DNA of 25,926 nucleotides, from assembly GCA_041946805.1 (NCBI GenBank), contig JBHGBC010000083.1, forward strand, positions 1 to 25,926. The letters are read 5' to 3'. This DNA is from a bacterium (GTDB lineage: Bacteria > Hinthialibacterota > Hinthialibacteria > Hinthialibacterales > Hinthialibacteraceae). The notes beneath the pieces were generated by a model that saw nothing but the letters and a program-made list of their open reading frames with translations, ran no database searches and had not been told where the DNA came from. The stretch's first letter is position 1; the number at the start of each line of letters is the position of its first letter. This document shows positions 1 through 8,153 of this stretch, one piece after another. Position numbers and translations under genes: made by a program.

Positions 1-225
1 CGGGAATAGCACTTCCATAAAGGATAGTGGTTTCCGTTAGGGAATCGAGTTGTGTGGAACATAAATTTTACCGCTAAAATCCCTTCGAATCCCTGTATGG
101 CTAAACAAATGAGCAGTATGGTTTGGTTGAACGAAATGAGAAGCATGTGTTTTTATTGGTAAAGAAAGAAGACCGGGAACGAGCGGAAGACAAATTGAGA
201 GCGGCGGGGATTTGAGGAGACGGCC

Positions 226-783
226 ATGAATTATCTACACCACCAATGGAACCGGATGGCGGTGATTACAACGTTGGTTGAAAAATCACCTGGCCAAATG
301 CTCGGCCATACAGGAATTATGAAACTGGCCTATTTTTTGCAGGAGTTGAAGCAAGTTCCGCTTGGGTACGATTTCCGCATGCATTTTTATGGACCGTATG
401 ATTCAGAAGTCCTGAGCGATTTAAAATACGCTGAATCCTTGCAGTTTCTAAAGAGCGAAGTCGAACTCTTTTCCAAGGGATACCGATACAAAGTGACTCC
501 CGGGCCTCTCACTCCGCTGATTCATGAAAAAGGGGATGCTTTTGTTTCAAAATATAATCAAGAGATCGGCGATATCGTACGGATATTTGGAGCTTACCAA
601 CCTTCTGAACTCGAACTTCTTAGCACGATTCATTATACCAGTGCCTATCTTTCCAGTCCTTCCCCCGTTTCCATGGAGGAAATCGCCGCTCGAGTCAAAG
701 CGATCAAGCCCCATTTTTCTTTAGCGCAAATTCAAAAACAAATTCTGTGGTTGCGGGACCGGGGATTCATCCAAGTGAGATGA
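226..783 (+). CDS. SocA/Panacea (DUF4065/YwgA)-like antitoxin-family protein
   Basis: 185 aa; GAGGA RBS at 214-218; family-type motifs G(H)TGIMKLAYFLQE, LGYDF...YGPY and ELELLSTIHY; C-terminal winged-helix-like end (LRDRGFI). Confidence 0.65.
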   Translation: MNYLHHQWNRMAVITTLVEKSPGQMLGHTGIMKLAYFLQELKQVPLGYDFRMHFYGPYDSEVLSDLKYAESLQFLKSEVELFSKGYRYKVTPGPLTPLIHEKGDAFVSKYNQEIGDIVRIFGAYQPSELELLSTIHYTSAYLSSPSPVSMEEIAARVKAIKPHFSLAQIQKQILWLRDRGFIQVR

Positions 784-927
784 ACTTCGTGAGGCATAAA
801 AAAATCCCGGCCGCCGCGCGGTGCTTTCCAGGAATCGGGAATCCCGCCTCGCTTTTCCAGCCTGCCGTCATCAAGTATGATAGTTCGCAGCGGCATTTAT
901 CTTCCATTCGATTGGAGAATTGAATCC

Positions 928-1509
928 ATGTCCTTTGCCCGGTACCTCGAGACATTCGGCCAGCTGTTGGAGAAGGTGGATCCCCGGGAGGTCGAAGCCC
1001 TGGTGGACGCCATTACGGACGCGTACGAGCGGGAACAGTTCGTTTTTCTCATCGGCAACGGCGGCAGCGGCGCGAACGCGTCCCATTTTTGTGAGGACCT
1101 GGGAAAGGGCACTCTTTGCGATTTTGAAAACCAGAAACGGCTGAAGGTCATCAGCCTGACCGACAACACACCGTATATCCTGGCCTGGGCCAACGACACC
1201 AGCTACGACCGCGTGTTCGTCGAGCAACTCAAGAACCTGGCCCAGCCGGGCGCGCTGCTGATCGCCATCAGCGGCTCGGGCAACAGCCCCAATGTCCTCC
1301 GGGCCGTCGAGTATGCCAACGCCAACGGCTTGCGGACCTTCGGCATGACCGGCTACGACGGCGGCCGGCTCCGCCAGACCGCCCAGCAGAACCTGCACGT
1401 GCCCTCGTTCGACATGGGCGATGTGGAATCGGTCCATGCCGTGTGCATTCACTATATCCTGAAATCTCTGTATCAGCGGTTCAAGCAACTTCACGAAGCA
1501 TGCGCGTAG
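928..1509 (+). CDS. SIS-domain sugar-phosphate isomerase (GmhA/DiaA-like)
   Basis: Motifs [35 protein letters not shown] and MTGYDGG. ATG at 928 follows GGAG; the track's 877 start is probably too long. Confidence 0.9.
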   Translation: MSFARYLETFGQLLEKVDPREVEALVDAITDAYEREQFVFLIGNGGSGANASHFCEDLGKGTLCDFENQKRLKVISLTDNTPYILAWANDTSYDRVFVEQLKNLAQPGALLIAISGSGNSPNVLRAVEYANANGLRTFGMTGYDGGRLRQTAQQNLHVPSFDMGDVESVHAVCIHYILKSLYQRFKQLHEACA

Positions 1510-2453
1510 CCATCGGAATCGAAATCGGCGGAACCAAGCTGCAGGCGGGCGTGGGCGGAGAGGGCGGCCGCCTGCTCGGACGGGCGCGGCGGACGGTCGA
1601 TCCCGCCCGGGGGGCGCAAGGCATCCGCGAGGTGATTCCCGGCCTGGTGGATCAGGCCCTGGCCGAGGCTCAGGCCGGGCGGAAGGACATGGCCGGCATC
1701 GGCGTTGGATTCGGCGGCCCGGTGGACACCACGCGGGGCGTCACCTTGGTTTCCCACCAGATCGAGGGCTGGGACCAGTTTCCGCTCCGGCAATGGCTGG
1801 CGGATCAGTTTCAAGTCCCCGTGGCCATCCAGAACGATGCCAGCCTGGCGGGATACGCCGAGGCGGTGGGCGGCGCGGGGAAAGGCTGCCGCCGGGTCTT
1901 TTACATGACCATTGGCAGCGGCATCGGCGGGGGCTGGATCGTCGACGGCGTGATTGACGAGGGCCAGGGACTCGGGGCCGCCGAGATCGGCCATACCTGG
2001 GCGCCCGATCCCGACACCGGAGAACCGGAAAAATTGGAGTTGCTCTGCTCCGGCTGGTCGATCGGGCGGCGGGCTCGCGAGGCGGTCGAGGAAGGGGAAA
2101 GTTCCATCATGCCCCGGTTGTGCGGCGGGGATCCCGCGGCGATCACCGCCCAGACGGTGTACGCCGCCGCGGAGCAGAACGACCTGCTCGCCCGCACCTT
2201 GCTGGATGAGACCTGCGTCAATCTGGCCGTCGCGCTCTGTAACGTGATCGCCTTGCTGCATCCTGAACGGATTGTGATCGGGGGCGGCGTTTCACTCATG
2301 GGACCGTTGTTCTGGGACACCTTGCGGGAAAAAGTCAAACGCTTCGTGTTCCGGCCGTTCGCGGATACTTATTCCATTGTCCCCGCACGGTGGGGCGAGG
2401 ACGTGGTCCTGGTGGGCGGGGTGCTGCTGGGGCTGGCCCTGGGACGGGAGTAG
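1500..2453 (+). CDS. ROK family sugar kinase
   Basis: N-terminal IEIGGTK phosphate loop, [29 protein letters not shown] and IVIGGGV. ATG at 1500 overlaps the 3' end of the SIS gene by 10 nt. Confidence 0.92.
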   Translation: MRVAIGIEIGGTKLQAGVGGEGGRLLGRARRTVDPARGAQGIREVIPGLVDQALAEAQAGRKDMAGIGVGFGGPVDTTRGVTLVSHQIEGWDQFPLRQWLADQFQVPVAIQNDASLAGYAEAVGGAGKGCRRVFYMTIGSGIGGGWIVDGVIDEGQGLGAAEIGHTWAPDPDTGEPEKLELLCSGWSIGRRAREAVEEGESSIMPRLCGGDPAAITAQTVYAAAEQNDLLARTLLDETCVNLAVALCNVIALLHPERIVIGGGVSLMGPLFWDTLREKVKRFVFRPFADTYSIVPARWGEDVVLVGGVLLGLALGRE

Positions 2454-2487
2454 GGATTTCAATCATCGCCACGAAGCCGGGTGTCTT

Positions 2488-4071
2488 ATGATGCAGCCGC
2501 TCGCGATCGGATTGTGTTTCGTCATCCTGACCCAGCCGGGAAACGAATCCGCGGCCCCCCCGGCCAATAAACCGGCGCCGTCCGTCCAGATCACGTGGAA
2601 CTTCGATAATGGCGCTTTGGGCGCTTGGGAAACCAATGCCGCCGGCGAGATCCAGCTCACGCATTCCCCCGGCTCGGGCGGCCTCTGGTACTATTTCCAA
2701 ATTGACGGCGCGGCGAACCAGACCCGGACCTTCGTTTTTGAAAACGCGCGCAAGGATTCCTACGGCCATTCACTTTTGCCATCCATCAGTTACGACCAGG
2801 AGCATTGGGCCTACATCAAGGACCGGCTCATCGAACCGCATCCCACCGATCTCGACCGCGTCCGGTTCCGTTTCACCCATACCTTCGCCGCCGACCGCGC
2901 TTGGATCGCCTACACTCCGCCGTATCCCAATCCCCGTCTCGACGCCTTGGTCAAACGGACCGCCTCTTATCCCCAATGCCGGGTGGAAATCCTTGGCGAA
3001 GCGCCCCTGTCCAATCTGCCCATCCCCATTTTCATTCTTACTGATCCAGAAACTCCCGATGTTAACAAAAAATACGCTCTGATTCTGAGCCGGGAGGAGG
3101 GCCATGAAACCGCCAGTTCATGGCTGGCGGAGGGCATGGTTCGTTTTTTACTTTCCAGCGATCCCGTGGCCGCCGCCCTCCTGCGCGCCGGTGTGTTTCT
3201 GATCGCCCCCCTATTCGACCGGGACGCGGTGGCCGCCGGGTACGCCGTCCATCCGTTGGCCAAAAACGGCCCCGGCGTGTATTGGACCGAGACTTGGCCG
3301 GAATCCACCTATTCCTTCTTCGAGCAGCGCCAGTTGAAACGCTTTTTGCAGGGATGGAAAGATGGGGAAAAAAGGGTGGATTTCTCGTTCCGGATTCACT
3401 CCCAGTCCTGGAACGAAGACCAGGCGCGGCGCGAACACGCCGCCGAAGCCAACATTCCGCTCCAGGACCGGATATTCACCGAGGGGCTGGGACGGACCTA
3501 CATGCCGTGGTACCGCGTTCCGGAACGCCTATTGCAGGATACTCGGTTTTCCAAGTACGTCCTCGATCTGTTTCCCGGCGCGGTGACCGGCCTCTTGCAG
3601 AGCGATTATCTGTATTCAAACGATTTCGGCCTGAATTTTCACCTCTATAAGACCCCGGACGATCTGCTGACGGAGGGGGAACTGATGCTTCGCGCCCTAG
3701 GTGAAAGCCTGGGCATCCCTTCCTTGGATCCGCCGCCGTACCTGCATGCCGCCGAGTTGTACGAACTCACGGAATCCCAGAAAAACCAGCCCAGCCACGC
3801 GCGCTGCGTATACCGTGACCTATTGGGCCGCCCGCCCGAGTTTGTCCGCCTGTATATCAATGATACGCCGTACGAACTGAAGCCCGTGACAGAGGGCAAG
3901 GAACCCGACTTCCGCGCCGGGATTCCATACACAGGGTATTACCGGGTGGAGCAGGAGGTCAACCGCCACCATTTCGAGGCCGCCAACGGGTCCCGGACGG
4001 TCCGGATTCCCGCGGAAGGGGATTTCCTGGGACCTTTTCGCATCACCTCCACGAGAACAAGGAGGAGGTGA
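2488..4071 (+). CDS. Secreted M14-like zinc carboxypeptidase-fold protein with an N-terminal CCP-type beta domain and a C-terminal beta-sandwich domain
   Basis: Hydrophobic N-terminus (MMQPLAIGLCFVILT); NFDNG, WYYF, AYTPPY, LSREEGHE..SSW..EG and RIHS motifs occur in the order seen in the M14 cytosolic-carboxypeptidase-like family. Catalytic motifs diverge. Confidence 0.7.
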   Translation: MMQPLAIGLCFVILTQPGNESAAPPANKPAPSVQITWNFDNGALGAWETNAAGEIQLTHSPGSGGLWYYFQIDGAANQTRTFVFENARKDSYGHSLLPSISYDQEHWAYIKDRLIEPHPTDLDRVRFRFTHTFAADRAWIAYTPPYPNPRLDALVKRTASYPQCRVEILGEAPLSNLPIPIFILTDPETPDVNKKYALILSREEGHETASSWLAEGMVRFLLSSDPVAAALLRAGVFLIAPLFDRDAVAAGYAVHPLAKNGPGVYWTETWPESTYSFFEQRQLKRFLQGWKDGEKRVDFSFRIHSQSWNEDQARREHAAEANIPLQDRIFTEGLGRTYMPWYRVPERLLQDTRFSKYVLDLFPGAVTGLLQSDYLYSNDFGLNFHLYKTPDDLLTEGELMLRALGESLGIPSLDPPPYLHAAELYELTESQKNQPSHARCVYRDLLGRPPEFVRLYINDTPYELKPVTEGKEPDFRAGIPYTGYYRVEQEVNRHHFEAANGSRTVRIPAEGDFLGPFRITSTRTRRR

Positions 4072-4127
4072 GGAATGGGAATGGGGAAGCAGGTATTCAG
4101 GGTTGAAAAACAGGAATTTGCTACTCT

Positions 4128-4467
4128 TTATTCTCCGGTAAGGATAGCGGCCACTTTTTTACGGAGATCGGGGAGTTCATGAATTATCGTTTTCCAGATT
4201 ATGTCGAGTTGAATATCAAAATAGGCATGTATCAGCCGGTTCCTCATTCCAATAATACTCTCCCATGGAATTTGGGAATATTTGTATCCGGCAATCCGGT
4301 GAGATTTTTGAGGCGGCTTCGCCTACAACCTCAAGGCAACGCGGAACCGCATGGCAAAACATCCGGTCGGATTCCAAATCATCCCGTTTTCGCTTATCCG
4401 CCATCCGCAAAATTTCGTCGGTCCATTCCAGGATATGTTGCAAGCGCAGCCGGTCTCGGTTATTCAT
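4128..4467 (-). pseudogene. HEPN (DUF86/HepT-like) ribonuclease toxin, frameshifted
   Basis: First frame reads MNNRDRLRLQHILE...LEVVGEAASKISPDCR. After skipping one base near 4284-4287 it continues KYSQIPWESIIGMRNRLIHAYFDIQLDIIWKTIIHELPDLRKKVAAILTGE* (TAA 4130-4128). Total length 340 nt = 3n+1. Confidence 0.92.
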
Positions 4468-4787
4468 GATGCCCGCTCATACTGAACTTCCGCAGTGGCG
4501 ATGACCTCATCCCGAAAATACCGGCTTAGGTCTTCGGGGGTTCGTAGATCGGCCTTTTTCCCGAGGAGCCGGCTCATTTCGATTTCCATGCCGGCAAAAC
4601 CAATCAGTCCAGGTTCCAAACCCGGTTCGAATTCCACCAGGAGATCAATATCACTATCGGGATGTATTTCTCCGCGCAAAGCCGAACCGAACAAGGATAA
4701 TTTGCGGATATGATGTTGGCGGCAAAACGCATCCAATGTTTCAGGAGTCAGTGTAAGCATGGGGTGAATGTGAATCGTGATACTCAT
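4464..4787 (-). CDS. Minimal nucleotidyltransferase (MNT/MntA-like) antitoxin
   Basis: GS-x10-DxD motif (GSALRGEIHPDSDID), then LLVEF and ADLRT; its TGA overlaps the HEPN start (ATGA). Confidence 0.93.
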   Translation of the reverse strand: MSITIHIHPMLTLTPETLDAFCRQHHIRKLSLFGSALRGEIHPDSDIDLLVEFEPGLEPGLIGFAGMEIEMSRLLGKKADLRTPEDLSRYFRDEVIATAEVQYERAS

Positions 4788-4883
4788 GATAATTACTCAG
4801 GGCATATAGGCTCTGCGAGGCTCTGTTGAATTGTTTCAATCGGTCCTCAAATAATCCATATTAGTTGCACGGATAGCCATTTT

Positions 4884-4905
4884 CCCAGGGCTGAAGCCGT
4901 GGGCT
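4884..4905 (+). repeat. REP-like palindrome, family A copy 1 (CCCAGGGCTGAAGCCGTGGGCT)
   Basis: Imperfect stem CCCAGGGC/GCCGTGGG with a TGAA loop; similar copy at 5061-5082. Confidence 0.6.
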
Positions 4906-4974
4906 AGTTTAATGGTCATCCGAGAAATGTGTGCATGATATAATATAGTCAAATTTTCCATTCGCTCCTAGATG

Positions 4975-5001
4975 AGGGCGGATACCCAGATCCGCTTTTA
5001 C
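4975..5001 (-). repeat. REP-like palindrome (minus strand GTAAAAGCGGATCTGGGTATCCGCCCT)
   Basis: Stem AGGGCGGAT/ATCCGCTTT with a 6-nt loop and a GTA- foot on the minus strand, resembling GTAG-type REPs. Confidence 0.55.
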
Positions 5002-5007
5002 AACAGT

Positions 5008-5036
5008 TCCCTCGCCCTCGCCCAGAGGGTGAGGGG
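5008..5036. repeat. CCCTC/GAGGG palindromic hairpin
   Basis: TCCCTCGCCCTC-GCCCA-GAGGGTGAGGGG forms a 12-bp stem with G.T pairs; related to the element at 6811-6896. Confidence 0.6.
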
Positions 5037-5060
5037 ATTGATCACTTTTGTCTTATCCCT

Positions 5061-5082
5061 CCCCGGATTGAAGCCTTGGGCT
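5061..5082 (+). repeat. REP-like palindrome, family A copy 2 (CCCCGGATTGAAGCCTTGGGCT)
   Basis: 18/22 identical to 4884-4905, in the same orientation. Confidence 0.55.
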
Positions 5083-5159
5083 GGTGCAAACGGTCCGTTG
5101 GTGTTCGATAGACTGTTCTCCATTCCGGTGAATCATTCCGCACGAAAACGCAACAGAAC

Positions 5160-6461
5160 CTAAAACGTGAACGCGCCTTGCAGATAGCCCCAATCGGCGT
5201 CATCGCTCCCGCCGGTGTCTTGCACATAATCGCCCGCGAAAAAGTGCGAATACCCCGCTTCCAGGGTGAATTGGTCATGGATCCGCCAAGTGGCCATGAA
5301 ATCCAGTTCGGCGCCCACATACGGCCGCGCGTCCCGGCCCGCCGCCGCCCGCCGGAGGATCCCCCCGCCGGCGTTGTACCACGCGTCGCTGTCCGGTTCC
5401 GGCAAAAAGAATCCATGCGCTTCGAACAGCACCTTGAGCCGTTCCACCGGCAGCGCCGAGAACTCCAGTTCCACGTCGTGCACGTTCCGCCACGAAAACA
5501 GATCCATGTAGCCGTAATGAATATGGTTGGTGGGGAACAGGTTGTCGAAGGTCTCGTGGCCGCCGTCCCGCGGATCTTCATCGCCGGTGGCGTAACTGTA
5601 TCCCAGGGAGACGCGGGGTTTCCAGGCGGGATCCAGGGTGTAACCGGCCTCGGCGTGCGCGGCGAAAGCGGTATGGTCGAGGTCCGTGAACTCGCCCGCC
5701 TGGCCGGCGAGTTCGATTTCCCAATCCCAGCGGTTGTCATACGCACGGCCGGCCCGGACGCCCAGCGTGTGCACATGATCCCGGCGTTCGTCGTTGTCCC
5801 GGGCTAGATAATAGGCCTCCAGAAAATCCATGCCGGGAACGCTTTTCCAAGTGGTATAGACGCCGTAAAACAGATCGTCGTTGTGGAAGATATCATTGAA
5901 ATTCCCCCAATCGTGGATCACCGGCTTCCCGATGAAGAGATCGATGTTTCCTTGGACAGTGGACGGCCAATCCAGGTTCAGCAGCAGGGCGTCGAACGAA
6001 CGGGCCACGTTGCTCCATAAAAATCCCCCCACCAGCCGTTGTTTGCCGAACGCGAGGAGCTGGCGGCCGGCCCGCAGGGAGAGCGGCGCATCGGCGATGC
6101 GGCGGAGGTCGAGATACGCCTGGAACAGATCGAGATCATCCTCCATGGCGTTGGGGACCGTCCGGCGGCTGTTCCAATCCGATCCGAATTCCCGCGAATC
6201 TTGTCCTTCGATAAAGATGCGCCACGACTCATCCGGATGGACATCCAGGTGCAGCTTGGTCCGGAGCAGGAAGAATTCGTCCTCCTTGTCCGAACGTCCG
6301 TCTGGAGTGTAGAAGTTGCCGTACAACTCCCCGCGGCCCCGAATCTCGCCTCCGATGCTCACCCGGTCCTCGAACCACGATAGAGAATCTTCCGCCCGGA
6401 GGCCCGGTACCGCGGCCGCGGACAACCATCCCCAAAGTCCGAGATAGAACCGATATTTCAT
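5160..6461 (-). CDS. Alginate export (AlgE-like) family outer-membrane beta-barrel protein
   Basis: Signal peptide (MKYRFYLGLWGWLSAAAVPGLRA); LDLFQAY, GRQLLAFGKQRLVG...W.N..RSFD, ATGDEDP.DG..ETFDNLFPTNH..YGYMD and GAELD motifs; C-terminal Phe (FTF). GGAG precedes ATG 6461. Confidence 0.88.
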   Translation of the reverse strand: MKYRFYLGLWGWLSAAAVPGLRAEDSLSWFEDRVSIGGEIRGRGELYGNFYTPDGRSDKEDEFFLLRTKLHLDVHPDESWRIFIEGQDSREFGSDWNSRRTVPNAMEDDLDLFQAYLDLRRIADAPLSLRAGRQLLAFGKQRLVGGFLWSNVARSFDALLLNLDWPSTVQGNIDLFIGKPVIHDWGNFNDIFHNDDLFYGVYTTWKSVPGMDFLEAYYLARDNDERRDHVHTLGVRAGRAYDNRWDWEIELAGQAGEFTDLDHTAFAAHAEAGYTLDPAWKPRVSLGYSYATGDEDPRDGGHETFDNLFPTNHIHYGYMDLFSWRNVHDVELEFSALPVERLKVLFEAHGFFLPEPDSDAWYNAGGGILRRAAAGRDARPYVGAELDFMATWRIHDQFTLEAGYSHFFAGDYVQDTGGSDDADWGYLQGAFTF

Positions 6462-6646
6462 CTTTACTCCCCGCTCCTGCATATCCCTGCAATCGATTCA
6501 ACATCCGCGCCGCCCCGGAGGCAACCGCTCTCCGGTATAGTATCCAGCCGGTTGTTACCCTTGTCCAATCTCCGTGTTGTGGATAAATAAGGATCATCCG
6601 GCATGTTCAGACCGTTATTATGACGGAGCGGCCCAAAGTCACTTTA

Positions 6647-6707
6647 TTGTGGTGCAGACATCTTGTCTGCACTCCATAGGGTTGCAGGCGGGACGCCTGC
6701 GATACAA
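6647..6707. repeat. Inverted pair of REP-like hairpins (BIME-like)
   Basis: GTGCAGACA-TCT-TGTCTGCAC and GCAGGCG-GGA-CGCCTGC are perfect stems and inverted homologues of each other, with complementary flanks TATTGT/ACAATA. Confidence 0.7.
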
Positions 6708-6810
6708 TATATGAAACAACTCAGGATTAACTTCACTTTTTGCCGCTATGTCTTTTTATGCGGGCATGACCGGGATCCAATTCGGCCGGTCAAACAGACA
6801 AGCCTCAAAT

Positions 6811-6896
6811 CCCCTCTCCCGCGGATGAAGGTGAGGGTGAGGGAAGTTCTCTCTGGAATGCCCTTCACCCCGGCCCTGTCCCATTAAGGAAGAGGG
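6811..6896. repeat. Degenerate CCCTCTCCC/GGGAGAGGG-type inverted repeat element
   Basis: CCCCTCTCCC...GGTGAGGGTGAGGG faces CCCTTCACCCCGGCCCTGTCCC...GGAAGAGGG. Confidence 0.6.
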
Positions 6897-7050
6897 AAAA
6901 TCCTGACACTTTTTACTGATGCGGAAGGCCGGGATTGGCCCATGGCGGGATTGGCCATGTTCTCAGGATGATGCACTGGCTGGATGCTCCGAATCAAGCC
7001 GGCTGAATAAGACACGGTCCTGCTACCCAGACAAGGAGACGGAGATTTCC

Positions 7051-7614
7051 ATGAGCCGCTCTTGGATCAAACGGGAAAGCGAATATATCGCCCATTATCC
7101 GGTGTTCACGCTGCGCCGGGATATCTGCGTCTCGCCCCGCACCGGATCGGACATCTCAGCCTACGTGTTGGAAACCCGCGACTGGGTTGTGGTCTTGCCC
7201 ATCACACCGGAGGGGGACGTGGTCTTCGTGCGCCAGTACCGCTTTGCGTCCGAGGAAATCACCCTGGAGATTCCCGGCGGCCTCTCCGACGAATCCGATG
7301 GCTCCATGGCCGACGCCGCCCGCCGGGAATTGCGTGAGGAAACCGGCTACGACAGCAGCCAGATCATCTTGCTGGGGACCTGCCGCCCCAATCCGGCCAT
7401 ACTCAACAACACTTGCTACCTGTTCGCCGCCCTGGGCGCCGTCCGCCGGCACGATCAATGCCTCGACGCGGGGGAAGACATCCAGGTGGAGCGCATTCCC
7501 CTGGAGGAGATTCCCGGCATGATCCTCAATGGGACCATCAATCATTCCCTGGTGTTGAACGCGTTTCACTTTTTGGATTTGCAGCGCCGGAACCGCCGAA
7601 TACAGATTGGATAA
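7051..7614 (+). CDS. Nudix hydrolase (ADP-ribose pyrophosphatase-like)
   Basis: VRQYR, LEIPGG and Nudix box GG....AARRELREETGY; GGAG RBS at 7041-7044. Confidence 0.92.
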   Translation: MSRSWIKRESEYIAHYPVFTLRRDICVSPRTGSDISAYVLETRDWVVVLPITPEGDVVFVRQYRFASEEITLEIPGGLSDESDGSMADAARRELREETGYDSSQIILLGTCRPNPAILNNTCYLFAALGAVRRHDQCLDAGEDIQVERIPLEEIPGMILNGTINHSLVLNAFHFLDLQRRNRRIQIG

Positions 7615-7625
7615 CGACCGCTCTC

Positions 7626-8042
7626 ATGCCGTATTTCGATAAGCATTTCACCTTGGTGGAAGCCACCGGCCTCCTGCCGCGCCTGCGAGAAATCTTCCAG
7701 CAGGTCCAGAGCCTGGTCGACGAGGCCCGTCAAGGCCCGGTCCTTTCCCCTCCCGAGCCATTCTCCCTCACGCCGGGACGGATCAATGGCCACGCGAGCC
7801 GGCGGCAGCGCCTGAGCCGGGAGGAAATCACCCGCCGGATCAACGATCTCGTCACGGAAATCACCGACCAGGGGATCGTCATCCAGGATATCAACCGGGG
7901 GCTGATCGACTTCCCCGCGTTCATCCACGGGGAGGAGGTTTTTCTCTGTTATGAATTGAACGACGGCGACCGCATCCAATATTATCATGCCATCAACGCG
8001 GGATACGCCGGCCGCCAGAAACTGCCCGAAGACCTGGAATGA
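7626..8042 (+). CDS. DUF2203 family protein
   Basis: FTLVEATGLLP at the N-terminus, GLIDFPA...EEVFLCY, and YYH...GYAGRQ.L at the C-terminus. Confidence 0.85.
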   Translation: MPYFDKHFTLVEATGLLPRLREIFQQVQSLVDEARQGPVLSPPEPFSLTPGRINGHASRRQRLSREEITRRINDLVTEITDQGIVIQDINRGLIDFPAFIHGEEVFLCYELNDGDRIQYYHAINAGYAGRQKLPEDLE

Positions 8043-8153
8043 GAGACCGTTCCGGGTCAAGGCCTTGCTCAACCGGCTCGCAATTGTATCCTTACACCCA
8101 GGACGGCTTCCGTCCGACCGACCATTCTGAAAGGACGCTTCCTATTCAAATCC

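Noticed and set aside
854..881. Sigma70-like promoter TTTCCA-N16-TATGAT before the SIS gene (similarly TTGCTC-N16-TATCCT at 8065-8092)
   Set aside because: Plausible, but the matches are too weak to call without transcription start data.
871..2338. Long minus-strand ORFs (871-1494, 1491-2261, 1901-2338)
   Set aside because: Antisense shadows of the SIS and ROK genes, typical of GC-rich coding DNA; no recognisable motifs.
4179..4504. Plus-strand ORFs 4179-4469 and 4265-4504
   Set aside because: Antisense to the clearly recognisable HEPN pseudogene.
4884..5082. Repeated hairpins as a mini CRISPR array
   Set aside because: Only two imperfect copies about 155 nt apart, no regular spacers and no cas genes.
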